Assembly: GCA_963815195.1 (NCBI GenBank)
Contig: CAWFGE010000015.1
Coordinates: forward strand, 320,001-384,000
From: an uncultured Planctomycetaceae bacterium
Lineage (GTDB): Bacteria; Planctomycetota; Planctomycetia; Planctomycetales; Planctomycetaceae
Direction: 5' to 3'
DNA length: 64,000 nt
Of the stretch, positions 54,753 to 64,000 are shown piece by piece. The number at the start of each line of letters is the position of its first letter. Within the stretch, counting starts at the first letter, position 1. The notes below the pieces were generated by a model. That model did no database searches. It saw only the letters and a list, made by a program, of their open reading frames with translations, and was not told where the DNA came from. A program made the position numbers and the translations under genes.

Positions 54753-56906
54753 TTAGGGCAGGAATCGGAATTCATTCGAGTTCAAAAGAACCCAACGCAA
54801 GTCGGCCATGCCCGCGAGCTGGTCTTCCGAGGCTTTGACGACTTCCTGGGCCATCTGGATTTCCTCCGCGGTCGGCCGGCGGGTGAGGATTTCCTGATAG
54901 GCCAGTTCGATGGCTTCCTTCAGGTCGGCGGTTTTGCCGGCGAGGAGACCATACATCGGCTCTTTCTCGCCGACGCGCGAGGCTTCGTTCACGAGCCGGC
55001 CGTTTAAGATCATGAGTTGCTGCCGCATGGTGGCGGATTCATCCCGGAAATCGCCCAACTCCGATCGGCCCGGCTGCCCGAACACGCGGAGAAAATGCTC
55101 CGGCGGCGCGGGCGAGGCCATCAAAAACGCCGAGGTGAATTTCGGGTTGTCGTCGATCACCGTCTTCACGAAACGGTCGAAATACTCGGCCTGGCGTTTT
55201 TGGCTTTCGGCCAGCATTCGCTCGGCTTCGATTTCCTCGGCGGACTTGGCCACCATCTTATCGACCATCGCCGCGTCGTCGCCGCCGTCTTTGAGGATCT
55301 GGTTGAAGTCCACTTCAATCGCCCGCTCCAAATCGTAGCCGGCCTTGGGCTTTGCGGGTTTCTTTCCGTTCGACATCGCAGGCTTCGCGGGCTTGGCCTG
55401 GGCGATTTTGGCGGTGTCCAGTTTGGTCCCGCCTTCGGCCGGGTTTTTCATCACGCGGGTCTGCTGCCAGACGACTTTCATGTTCTTGCCCGCGGCATGC
55501 TTCGCGTCGAACAGATGCCCCGCCGTCACGATGCTGTCGTAAAGCGTCTCGCTGATCATCCGCCGCATCGGCGTGGCGAGGAAGGCCTGCTCCATGTCCA
55601 ACCGGGTCGATTCATCGACACTCTCGGCGTGGCTGCGCTGATAGGCTTCGCTGGTGACGATCCTCTGGACCAACATCCGCAAATCGTAGCCGTTCGCGAC
55701 GAACTCCTCGGCAAGATCGTTGAGGGTCTCCGCGTGGTGCGGCGGGTTGCTGTCGCTGAAATCGTCGATCGGCTCCACAAATCCCAGTCCCACGAGTTCC
55801 TTCCAGACCCGGTTGACGAACGCCCGCGAGAAGTAGCGGTTTCGCGGATGCGTGATCAGCCGGGCCAACTCTTCGCGGAGTTCGCTCGGCTGATAGCCCG
55901 CTTCGTTCACGTTGATTTTCTGCACGTCCTTCTTGGCTTCTTCGAGGACGCCCAAACCGCTGTCGATGTCTCCGGCAGTCCGCCGCTCCGCCCGGTCCGC
56001 GGCCGAGGCGAGCAGATCATCAATCGAAGCCTCGGCCGGTTTCTCTGTTTTTTTCTTGGCGGAATTGGCTTTTTGCTTCGAAGCCCGCAGTTGGCGGAGG
56101 CGGTCGATGTAGGCCAGCGAGCGAGAATCATCGACGAGGGCGACCGGGAACTTGGGCGGGACGGGTTTGCGGTTGTCGTCATCGATGCCGGGCGGCGGCC
56201 AGAGCACGGCGGTCTGATTCACTTCGGTGGTGTACGTTGCGAGAATGCGGTTGTTGAATCGCCGCTCGATCCGCCGGGTCTTGCCGAAGTAGGCCGCGAA
56301 TCCGTAAAAATCTTCGCGGGTCCATTTGTCGAAGGGGTGGTCGTGGCACTCGGCACAGGCCATCCGCACGCCCAGAAACACCTGCGACGTAATCCCCGCC
56401 AAGGCCAGCGGGTCGGCATTGTCGCTTAAGATGTAGCCCACTTCGGGCACCGCCCCGGACTTGCCGCCCGCCGAAATCAGCCGGCGGGCCAACTCATCGT
56501 AAGGCATGCGGTCTTCGAGCGACTTGTGGACAAAGGCCGTCAGTGCCGCCCCGCCCTCGGCGTTCGTTCGCAGGCGGAGCATGTCGGCGAAGAACGCCGT
56601 CCACCGCACGGAAAACCGCTCGTCGGCGAGCAGTTTCTCGACCGCCTGCTCCCGGCGCGTGGCTTTAGGCCAGGCGAGATATTCGTCGATCTCGCCGGCG
56701 GTCGGGATGCGGCCGATCAAATCCACGGACACCTTCCGCAGATAAGCCAGATCATCCACCAGCGGAGCCGGCTGAACTTGGACGCCCGCTTTGGCGTTCT
56801 CGGCATTCAAGATCTGATCCAGACCCCGGCCCGGCATTTCCGCGGCTAAAGGAGCCGCCAACAAAAACCCCACCGCGGGGAACAAACACAACGAGAAGCG
56901 ATTCAC
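54753..56906 (-). CDS. DUF1549/DUF1553 (PSD1-type) secreted protein with CxxCH
   Basis: YLRKVSVDLIGRIPT, FLGVRMACAECHDHPFDKW, VNRVWKEL.G.GFVEPIDD, DLRWVLLNSNEF. Confidence 0.92.
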   Translation of the reverse strand: MNRFSLCLFPAVGFLLAAPLAAEMPGRGLDQILNAENAKAGVQVQPAPLVDDLAYLRKVSVDLIGRIPTAGEIDEYLAWPKATRREQAVEKLLADERFSVRWTAFFADMLRLRTNAEGGAALTAFVHKSLEDRMPYDELARRLISAGGKSGAVPEVGYILSDNADPLALAGITSQVFLGVRMACAECHDHPFDKWTREDFYGFAAYFGKTRRIERRFNNRILATYTTEVNQTAVLWPPPGIDDDNRKPVPPKFPVALVDDSRSLAYIDRLRQLRASKQKANSAKKKTEKPAEASIDDLLASAADRAERRTAGDIDSGLGVLEEAKKDVQKINVNEAGYQPSELREELARLITHPRNRYFSRAFVNRVWKELVGLGFVEPIDDFSDSNPPHHAETLNDLAEEFVANGYDLRMLVQRIVTSEAYQRSHAESVDESTRLDMEQAFLATPMRRMISETLYDSIVTAGHLFDAKHAAGKNMKVVWQQTRVMKNPAEGGTKLDTAKIAQAKPAKPAMSNGKKPAKPKAGYDLERAIEVDFNQILKDGGDDAAMVDKMVAKSAEEIEAERMLAESQKRQAEYFDRFVKTVIDDNPKFTSAFLMASPAPPEHFLRVFGQPGRSELGDFRDESATMRQQLMILNGRLVNEASRVGEKEPMYGLLAGKTADLKEAIELAYQEILTRRPTAEEIQMAQEVVKASEDQLAGMADLRWVLLNSNEFRFLP

Positions 56907-57597
56907 GTGATGGACTCCTTGATCTTCAGGACGGGCAGGCCTTCGAAAAACCCCTGCTCTCTGGAAACGGAGTAAACCGATCTACAACTACTTATTGGTT
57001 CGGAACACCAAAGGGTTTCGGCCAATTTTCGATCTTTTTGCCAATCCGCCGGGAAAACCTGTTGACCCCTGGAAAACCAACAAACTAAGGGATTTCCCTA
57101 TCGAGCATACATAAACAGCATTTTATTTCAACTCCAACTCCATTTTTCCCCTTCGAGGTCTTACGATCTTCGGTATTTTTTTGTTCAGTAAAATCAACTC
57201 CAAAATAACCCAAACGGCAAAGAGCCAGTTTTTGAAGTTCCGCCGTCTTAGCCACGAAGTGGCGACAGCATGTAGAAAGGACTTGTTAATACGCCCAAGG
57301 TTATCTGCTTCCGTCGCTTCGCGACTCCGGAAAATCGCAACTTCAAAACTTGCGTTTGGGGCTTAGGGAGCAATTTACCGGATAGAGCGTGGTGTCCTTC
57401 TTTCGAGCTTTGGGACTTATCCGCGCTACGCCCAGGTTTGGTTTGGCTTCGTTCTGGGCGGGATGAAATTTCGAGGAATCTTTCGCCAACACGCCGCGAC
57501 CGTTTGACGGGCGGCCTGTTTCGCGGATAATGGGCGATGTTGGAGGCCACCACGCGGACAACCCTTATTTTTGTTGCCTTCGGAAAGGGAGAACATC

Positions 57598-58701
57598 ATG
57601 ATCGCGAAACGTTTGGGAATGGTTGCAGTCGCCTTGGCCATGTGCCTCGGACGCACGGGATTCGCAGCGGATGATGGCTTGGAGAAGGGCACGCCGAAAA
57701 TTCAGTCGGCGGGACCGATGGCGTTCGGTCCCAATGGGATTTTGTTCCTGGGCGATCCGAAGTCGGCCGCCATCTTCGCCGTGGACACGAACGACACCTC
57801 CGGCGACGCCGCCAACGTCTCCGTGAACGTGCCGAAACTCAACGAAAAAGTCGCCTCGCTTTTGGGCACCAAAGCCGACCAGGTGCAGATTGAAGACATG
57901 GCCGTCAACCCGGCCAGCGGGAACGTGTACCTCTCGGTGTCCCGCGGGCAAGGGCCCAAGGCCCAACCGGTCGTGGTGAAAGTCGATGCCTCCGGCAACC
58001 TGAGCGAGTTCTCCTTGAAGAACGTGCGGTTTGCCAAAGCCGACCTGCCCAACGCCCCGGAAGACAAAGTCGTCGGCGAAGGCCGGCGGGCGCAGAACAA
58101 CCGCCTGTTCTCGATCACGGACATGTCCTACATCGACGGCCGGGTCGTGGTCGCGGGTCTCAGCAACGAAGAGTTCTCCTCGAACCTGCGGGCGATTGAG
58201 TTTCCGTTCTCCGACGTCGACGCCGGGGCCAGCGTGGAAATCTTCCACGGCAACCACGGCCGCCTGGAAACCCGCTCGCCGATCCGCACGTTCGTGCCCG
58301 TCATGCTCAACGGCAAACCGGAAATCGTCGCGGCCTACACCTGCACCCCGCTCGTGCGGATGCCGCTCGCCCAACTCAAATCCGGGGGCAAAGTCACCGG
58401 CACCACCGTCGCGGAGCTCGGCAACCACAACCGCCCGCTGGACATCATCGCCTACGAAAAAGGCGGCAAGCAATACCTGCTGATGGCCAACAACCCCCGC
58501 GGGATGATGAAAATCGACACCGACGGGATCAAGGCTCAGAAAATCAATGAGAAAGTGAAAGAAGAGAAAGCCGGCTTGAAGTACGAAACGATCGATTCGC
58601 TCAAAGCCGTGGTCCAAATGGATCGGCTCAACAAAGAGCACGCGGTCGTCCTCATGCAAACCGACGCCGGGACCGACCTGCAAACCATCGCCCTGCCGTA
58701 G
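57598..58701 (+). CDS. Secreted hypothetical protein (beta-propeller-like)
   Basis: Signal peptide; MAFGPNGILFLGD, DMAVNPASGNVY blade-like repeats; strong codon bias. Confidence 0.75.
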   Translation: MIAKRLGMVAVALAMCLGRTGFAADDGLEKGTPKIQSAGPMAFGPNGILFLGDPKSAAIFAVDTNDTSGDAANVSVNVPKLNEKVASLLGTKADQVQIEDMAVNPASGNVYLSVSRGQGPKAQPVVVKVDASGNLSEFSLKNVRFAKADLPNAPEDKVVGEGRRAQNNRLFSITDMSYIDGRVVVAGLSNEEFSSNLRAIEFPFSDVDAGASVEIFHGNHGRLETRSPIRTFVPVMLNGKPEIVAAYTCTPLVRMPLAQLKSGGKVTGTTVAELGNHNRPLDIIAYEKGGKQYLLMANNPRGMMKIDTDGIKAQKINEKVKEEKAGLKYETIDSLKAVVQMDRLNKEHAVVLMQTDAGTDLQTIALP

Positions 58702-58738
58702 TCGGCCGAAAACCGATTTGTGTCTGGTCTCACCATCG

Positions 58739-58767
58739 GCCCGGTTCCGCGCGGAGCCGGGCTTTTT
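58739..58767 (+). terminator. Intrinsic terminator
   Basis: GCCCGGTTCC-GCGC-GGAGCCGGGC followed by TTTTT. Confidence 0.75.
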
Positions 58768-58797
58768 GATGGAAATGTTCGCGAAAGGAAATCCACG

Positions 58798-59968
58798 ATG
58801 ATGCTCCGTCCCCGCGCCGCCTGCTGTCTTTCCTTCGTCGCCTTCGTGTTCGCCATCGCCTTTTGCCAATCGGTCTTTGCGGGAGACGATGACGCAGTTT
58901 CTTCGCCAAAGATCCTGATTGACCGCGCCGGATCAACCGGAAGACCGCACGATTGAAGTGCAAAACGTGCCGGCGGCATGGCAAAAGCAAATCCAGGCTT
59001 GGAAAGAAGACGATCCGCATTGGCGGGAATGGTTCGCCGTCTATGTGGGCCAGGCCCCCAAGCCCGGCCAGCCGGCGATGCTGGGATCGTTTGAACCTTT
59101 GAAAACCGGGTTCCGCTTCGTGCCCCGGTTTCCCTTGGAGCCGGGCACGACGTATTGTGCGAAGTTGAATCTGCCGGGCCAAAAAAGTCAGCTTGAAACT
59201 TTCGCGCTCCCCGCCGACAAACCCGAGCATCCCACCACGATCGCGGCGGTGTATCCGACCGCTCAAAAACTTCCCGAAAACCTGCTGCGGATTTACATTC
59301 ACTTCTCGGCCCCCATGAGCCGAGGCCGATCTTACCGCCATCTGCACCTGGTCGATCAGACAGGCGAAGAAGTCCAGAACCCGTTTCTGGAATTGCCGCA
59401 GGAATTGTGGAGCGCGGACCGCACGCGGCTCACGGTGCTGCTCGATCCCGGCCGCGTCAAGCAGGGGCTCAAGCCGCGCGAGCAATCCGGCCCCGTGCTC
59501 GAACCCGGCCATCGCTACACGTTCACGATCGATGAGGATTGGCACGACGCCAAGGGCTTTCCGCTGGATAAATCGTTCAAGCGAACATTCCTCACAACCA
59601 AAGCCGACATCACGCAACCGAACCCCGCGGAATGGAAAATCGCGCCGCCGAAAGCCGGCACCCGCGAACCGGTCTCCGTGACGTTCGATGAACCGCTCGA
59701 CCACGCGATGCTCGAGCACGTGCTGAGCCTCGTGGGAGCAGACTCCGCCGAGGTGGCCGGCGGCATCGAAATCGATCAACATGAAACCCGCTGGCGGTTC
59801 ACGCCCAAAGAGCCGTGGAAAGCGGGGCGGTATTCGCTCAAGATCCAAACGAGTCTCGAAGACCGCGTGGGCAACAGCATCGCCCGGCCGTTCGAAGTCG
59901 ATCTCAACGAACCCCAACCGGCAGAAGTGCCGAAGGTGTTGCTGCGGGGTTTTGAGATCAAGAACTGA
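58798..59968 (+). CDS. Secreted hypothetical protein with Ig-like (Big/SbsA-type) domains (frameshift at ~58915)
   Basis: Signal peptide in ORF 58720-58956; repeated F.P..P...G..Y and VTFDEPLD motifs. Confidence 0.65.
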
Positions 59969-60002
59969 GTCATCGAGCGATCCGGAAAGATTAAGATTAA
60001 GA

Positions 60003-60150
60003 CGGTTGGGTGGCTGGGGCGCCAGATTCCTCTCTGAATTGTGGGAAGCGAATACTGGGGCAGTGGACGCGAGAGAAATCACGCACATGGCCCCAGTTTT
60101 CGGAACGCGTTTTTCGCTTGATCCTTTTCTCTGGGCCCCAGCCACCCTCC
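60003..60150. repeat. Diverged inverted copy of the GGGTGGCTGGGG-bounded element found at 36.6-37.3 kb
   Basis: Shares ATGGCCCCAG.TTTCGGAA.GCGTT.TTCGCTTGATCC and both terminal IRs with the reverse complement of the 214-bp unit. Confidence 0.8.
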
Positions 60151-60233
60151 GGAAAGAGTAAGAGTAAGAGTAAGAGTACGATTAAGATTTAGACTCCGTT
60201 GATGATCGCAGCTTATTGTCCGAAGTTTCCGCC

Positions 60234-61186
60234 ATGCCCAACACTCTTGAAAAAATCCAAGTCATCGACAGCCACACCGGGGGCGAACCCACGCGGGTCG
60301 TGATTTCCGGCGGGCCGGATTTGGGCGGCGGGCCGCTGACCGAACGGCGGGCAAGGTTTCGGGAGGAGTTCGACGAGTTCCGCTCCGCCGTGGTCAACGA
60401 GCCGCGCGGCTCGGATGTGATCGTGGGGGCGATTCTCTGCCCGCCGACCGATCCCGCGTGCATCACCGGCGTCTTGTATTTCAACAACGTCGGCTATCTG
60501 CACATGTGCGTCCACGGCACGATCGGCTTGGTCGTGACGCTCGCGCATCTCGGCCGGATCAAGCCCGGCGAACACAAGATCGAAACCGTCTGCGGCATCG
60601 TCACCGCGACGCTGCACGAAGACGGCCGGGTCACCATCAGCAACGTGCCCAGCTACCGCAGCGCGAAAGATATTTCTCTCGATGTCCCGGCGCCGGCCGG
60701 ATCACGGGCGATGTGGCCTGGGGCGGGAATTGGTTTTTCCTGGTCAACGATCACGCGGAAAACATCGATCCCGCCAACGTGGAGCGGCTGACCGAAGTCA
60801 GTTGGAAGATCCGCAAGGCTTTGGAAGCGGCGGGCATCACCGGCGACGACGGCGGCGAGATCGATCACATCGAACTCTTCAGCCCCACCGATCTCGCCGG
60901 GGCCGACAGCCGGAATTTCGTGCTCTGTCCCGGCGGGGCTTACGACCGTTCTCCCTGCGGCACCGGCACGAGTGCGAAGCTCGCCTGTCTCGCGGCCGAT
61001 GGAAAACTCGAGGAAGGCCAAACCTGGCGGCAGGCGAGCATCGTGGGCAGCGTCTTCGAAGGCCGGGTGACGCCGCTCGCAGGCGGCCGGGTGATTCCGC
61101 ACATCACCGGCTCGGCTTATGTGAGCGCCGAGGCCACGCTGCTTCTGCAAGCGGACGATCCGTTCCGCATGGGGATTCGCCGATGA
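60234..61186 (+). CDS. Proline racemase family, probable 4-hydroxyproline 2-epimerase (frameshift at ~60692)
   Basis: [21 protein letters not shown] and DRSPCGTGT (two catalytic Cys). Confidence 0.88.
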
Positions 61187-62442
61187 CCGGCGAGCGCGGG
61201 CATGTCGCGATCATCGGCAGCGGCGTGATCGGGACGGCATGCGCTTATTATCTTTCCGAAGCCGGCTGGCGGGTGACGATGCTCGACCGCGGCGGCTTTG
61301 GGAACGGTTGCTCGCACGCCAACTGCGGGCTCGTTGTGCCCAGCCACATTCTCCCGCTCGCGATGCCAGGCGCGGTCCGCTCCACGCTGCGAACGATCTT
61401 TCAAAAAGACTCGCCGTTGGTCATCAAGCCCGGCTTGAACTGGGGACTGTATCGTTGGCTGTTTCAGTTCGCCCGCCGCTGTAAACATCGGCCGATGATG
61501 GAAGCCGGCCGCGCGAGGTCCGCGCTGCTCAATTCCTCCGTGGAACTTTACCAAGACCTGATCGAAAAAGAATCCCTGGACTGCGAATGGCAGACCGCAG
61601 GGGCGCTGTTCGTGTACCAGTCGAAACACGCCCTCGAGCACTTTGCCCGCACCGATGAAATGCTCCGCGAGCACTTCGGCATGGGAGCGAAGCGGCTCGA
61701 CGGCGAAGAGCTTCTCGAAATCGAACCCGCTCTCAAACCGGGTCTCGCGGGGGCCTGGCTTTACGAACGCGACGGCCACCTGCGGCCCGACCGTTTGCTC
61801 ACCGCCTGGCGAAACGTGCTCGAGGATCGGGGCGTGACCATTCGCGAGCACACGGAGGTTCTGCACTTTCGCGAAAACAAAACGTCGCTGACTTCGTTGG
61901 AAACCAGCCAAGGCGAAGTGGCGGCGGATGCGTTTGTGGTCTCGGCGGGGGCGTGGACGCCGCTATTGAATCGGGAGCTCAAATGCCGGATTCCGATTCA
62001 ACCGGGAAAAGGCTATTCGCTGACGATGCCCCGCCCCGCGGTTTGTCCGAAGCGGCCGCTGCTCTTGGAAGAGCATCGCGTGGCGGTGACGCCGATGCAG
62101 ACCGGTTATCGCTTGGGCTCGATGATGGAGTTCGTCGGCTACGACACGTCGCTCGATCCCCGCCGATTGCAGATTCTGAAAGACGGGGCCGCGGTGTATT
62201 TGAAGGAACCCTGCGCCGAACCGGTGGAGGAACGCTGGTTCGGCTGGCGTCCCATGACTTACGATGGGATTCCCATCATCGGCCGGGCTCCCGCTTATGA
62301 TAACGTAATGATCGCCGCCGGGCATAACATGCTGGGCCTGTCGATGGCTCCTGCGACGGGAAAACTCGTCGCCGAGCTGCTCGCGGGCGAACCGCCGCAC
62401 GTGGATGCGAAACCATACCGCGTCGAGCGGTTTTCCTCGTGA
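61183..62442 (+). CDS. FAD-dependent D-amino acid dehydrogenase/oxidase (DadA-like; possibly D-hydroxyproline dehydrogenase)
   Basis: [37 protein letters not shown] overlap with the epimerase stop. Confidence 0.88.
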   Translation: MTGERGHVAIIGSGVIGTACAYYLSEAGWRVTMLDRGGFGNGCSHANCGLVVPSHILPLAMPGAVRSTLRTIFQKDSPLVIKPGLNWGLYRWLFQFARRCKHRPMMEAGRARSALLNSSVELYQDLIEKESLDCEWQTAGALFVYQSKHALEHFARTDEMLREHFGMGAKRLDGEELLEIEPALKPGLAGAWLYERDGHLRPDRLLTAWRNVLEDRGVTIREHTEVLHFRENKTSLTSLETSQGEVAADAFVVSAGAWTPLLNRELKCRIPIQPGKGYSLTMPRPAVCPKRPLLLEEHRVAVTPMQTGYRLGSMMEFVGYDTSLDPRRLQILKDGAAVYLKEPCAEPVEERWFGWRPMTYDGIPIIGRAPAYDNVMIAAGHNMLGLSMAPATGKLVAELLAGEPPHVDAKPYRVERFSS

Positions 62443-62500
62443 GGAATTCGTTGAAGAACACGTCCCCCAAATCAAGGAACCCCAGCCAACGGTGACAAAC

Positions 62501-63880
62501 ATGATGAACCCGATCGGTAAGATTCTCCTCGCGGCGTTTTTGCTCTGCGGGGTGCCCAAGGCTTTACTGGCCAAGCCGCCGCACGTTTTGTTGATCATGG
62601 CCGATGATCTGGGGTGGAAAGATTTGCATTGCCAGGGGAACGCGGTGCTCTCGACGCCGCGGCTGGATGCGTTCGCGAAACAGGGCGTGCGGTTCACCAA
62701 CGCCTATGCCGCGGCTCCGGTGTGCTCGCCCACGCGGGGGGCTTTGATCACCGGCCTCGCGCCGGCCCGGCTGCACATCACGCAGCACGGGGCCGACGGC
62801 AAGCCGTTCTGGCCCGAAGACCGCCCTGTCCAGCCGCCGCCGGCATTGCACGAACTCTCCCACGACACGACCACGCTCGCCGAGCGGCTCAAAGCGGCCG
62901 GCTATGCGACGGGCTTTTTTGGCAAATGGCATTTGGGCGGCGACAAAAAGTTCTGGCCGACGGAGCAGGGTTTCGATGTGAACGTCGGTGGTTGCGGGTA
63001 TGGCGGCCCGCCCACGTATTTCGATCCGTATCGCATCCCCGCCTTGCCGCCGCGGAAGAAAGGCGAATACCTGACCGACCGCCTCGCGGACGAAGCGATC
63101 GCGTTTATGCGGCGGGAGAAATCCCAGCCGATGTTCCTCTGCTTGTGGACTTACAATCCGCACTACCCGTTCGAGGCTCCCGCCGAGTTGATCGAACACT
63201 TCAAAGGAAAAACGGGGCCGGGGCTCAAGAACCCGATCTACGGCGGCCAGCTGGAAGCGACCGACCGGGCCGTCGGCCGCGTGCTCGATGAACTGGATCG
63301 GCTGGGCCTCGCCGAGGAGACGTTGACGATTTTCACCAGCGACAACGGCGGCTGGTCGGGGGCGACCGACAACCGCCCCCTCCGCGCGGGCAAAGGTTTT
63401 CTGTACGAAGGCGGTTTGCGGGTGCCTTTGATCGTCCGCTGGCCGGGCGTGACCAAAGCGGGGACGGTGAACGACACGCCGGTGGTGAGCATGGACTTGT
63501 CCGCGACGATTCTCGATGCCGCGGGAGTGGGGCTCGCGAAGGAGGAATCCCTCGACGGCGAAACGCTGCGGCCTTTGTTTAAGGGCGGCAAACTCGAGCG
63601 GGATGCGCTGTTTTTCCATTATCCGCATTTCGCGTTTCACAAAGCGAACCGGCCGGGCTCCGCCATTCGCCGGGGGCAATATAAATTGATCCTGCGGTAC
63701 GATGACCAGTCGGTGGAGTTGTTCGATTTAGAAAGCGATCTGGGCGAAACCAAGAACCTCGCCGCCGCCCGGCCGGAATTGGCCCGGCAATTGAAAGCTC
63801 GCCTGGAACGCTGGCTCCATGAGACAAAGGCGAATTTGCCGACGGCTCGATCGGCTGAACGAGCCAAAACAGAACGTTAG
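62501..63880 (+). CDS. Secreted formylglycine-dependent (S1) sulfatase
   Basis: ADDLG, CSPTR, GKWHLG, SDNGG, GKGFLYEGGLRVP. Confidence 0.95.
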   Translation: MMNPIGKILLAAFLLCGVPKALLAKPPHVLLIMADDLGWKDLHCQGNAVLSTPRLDAFAKQGVRFTNAYAAAPVCSPTRGALITGLAPARLHITQHGADGKPFWPEDRPVQPPPALHELSHDTTTLAERLKAAGYATGFFGKWHLGGDKKFWPTEQGFDVNVGGCGYGGPPTYFDPYRIPALPPRKKGEYLTDRLADEAIAFMRREKSQPMFLCLWTYNPHYPFEAPAELIEHFKGKTGPGLKNPIYGGQLEATDRAVGRVLDELDRLGLAEETLTIFTSDNGGWSGATDNRPLRAGKGFLYEGGLRVPLIVRWPGVTKAGTVNDTPVVSMDLSATILDAAGVGLAKEESLDGETLRPLFKGGKLERDALFFHYPHFAFHKANRPGSAIRRGQYKLILRYDDQSVELFDLESDLGETKNLAAARPELARQLKARLERWLHETKANLPTARSAERAKTER

Positions 63881-64000
63881 CGCGGGTGGAAACGCGCCCG
63901 AATTCTTGCCGCTCGTGAAAAGGCGCTCGCTGCGCACCGCCCGCTGTTCCAGTCCCTTCTCGACGTTTCTGGCGATCGCCCCCCAGTTTCGCCGGCGGGT

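Noticed and set aside
56960..57025. Possible ECF-sigma promoter (GAAAC...CGAA) upstream of the DUF1549 gene
   Set aside because: The motif is too short and degenerate to support without TSS data.
60682..61182. N-terminal 167 aa of the 586-aa ORF
   Set aside because: It is an alternative frame of the epimerase gene. The dehydrogenase starts at ATG 61183.

Overview
Bacterial window, very probably from a planctomycete (DUF1549/DUF1553 and DUF1501 genes, Planctomycete-type LRR protein, sulfatase). It has two parts. (1) About 1-33,880 is the tRNA-proximal part of an integrative island inserted at the 3' end of tRNA-Ser(GGA) (33879-33965, minus strand). It has a tyrosine integrase, an excisionase-like HTH gene and arm-type repeats. 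Its cargo is a ~2,370-aa Rhs protein with a ~245-aa (Ser-Ser-X)n N-terminal tract and a Cys-rich linker, followed in the same direction by a signal-peptide LRR protein and an atypical Clp/Hsp100 ATPase. Divergent from these is a ~17-kb glycan-modification cluster: sulfotransferase, methyltransferase, KdsB, a two-domain GT-B protein, a five-domain GT/MTase/TPR protein, a Maf/DUF115-like multidomain GT, two more DxD GTs and a degenerate IscU. A tandem IS701-like dimer interrupts the cluster, and nested transposon ends lie at the left edge. The leading hypothesis is a mobile glycosylated Rhs toxin/surface-protein system. (2) About 34,000-64,000 looks like core chromosome: GlpF, an aldo/keto reductase, a ~20-kb minus-strand cluster (DUF1549/1553, DUF1501, three TPR proteins, ExbB plus two ExbD, DUF4159) that may encode a PMF-driven envelope machine, hydroxyproline epimerase/dehydrogenase-like genes and a sulfatase, with many REP/MITE-like intergenic repeats. 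Numerous single-base frameshifts suggest assembly indel errors, so split genes are given as reconstructed single CDSs. All family calls come from motif recognition by eye; no database searches were run.
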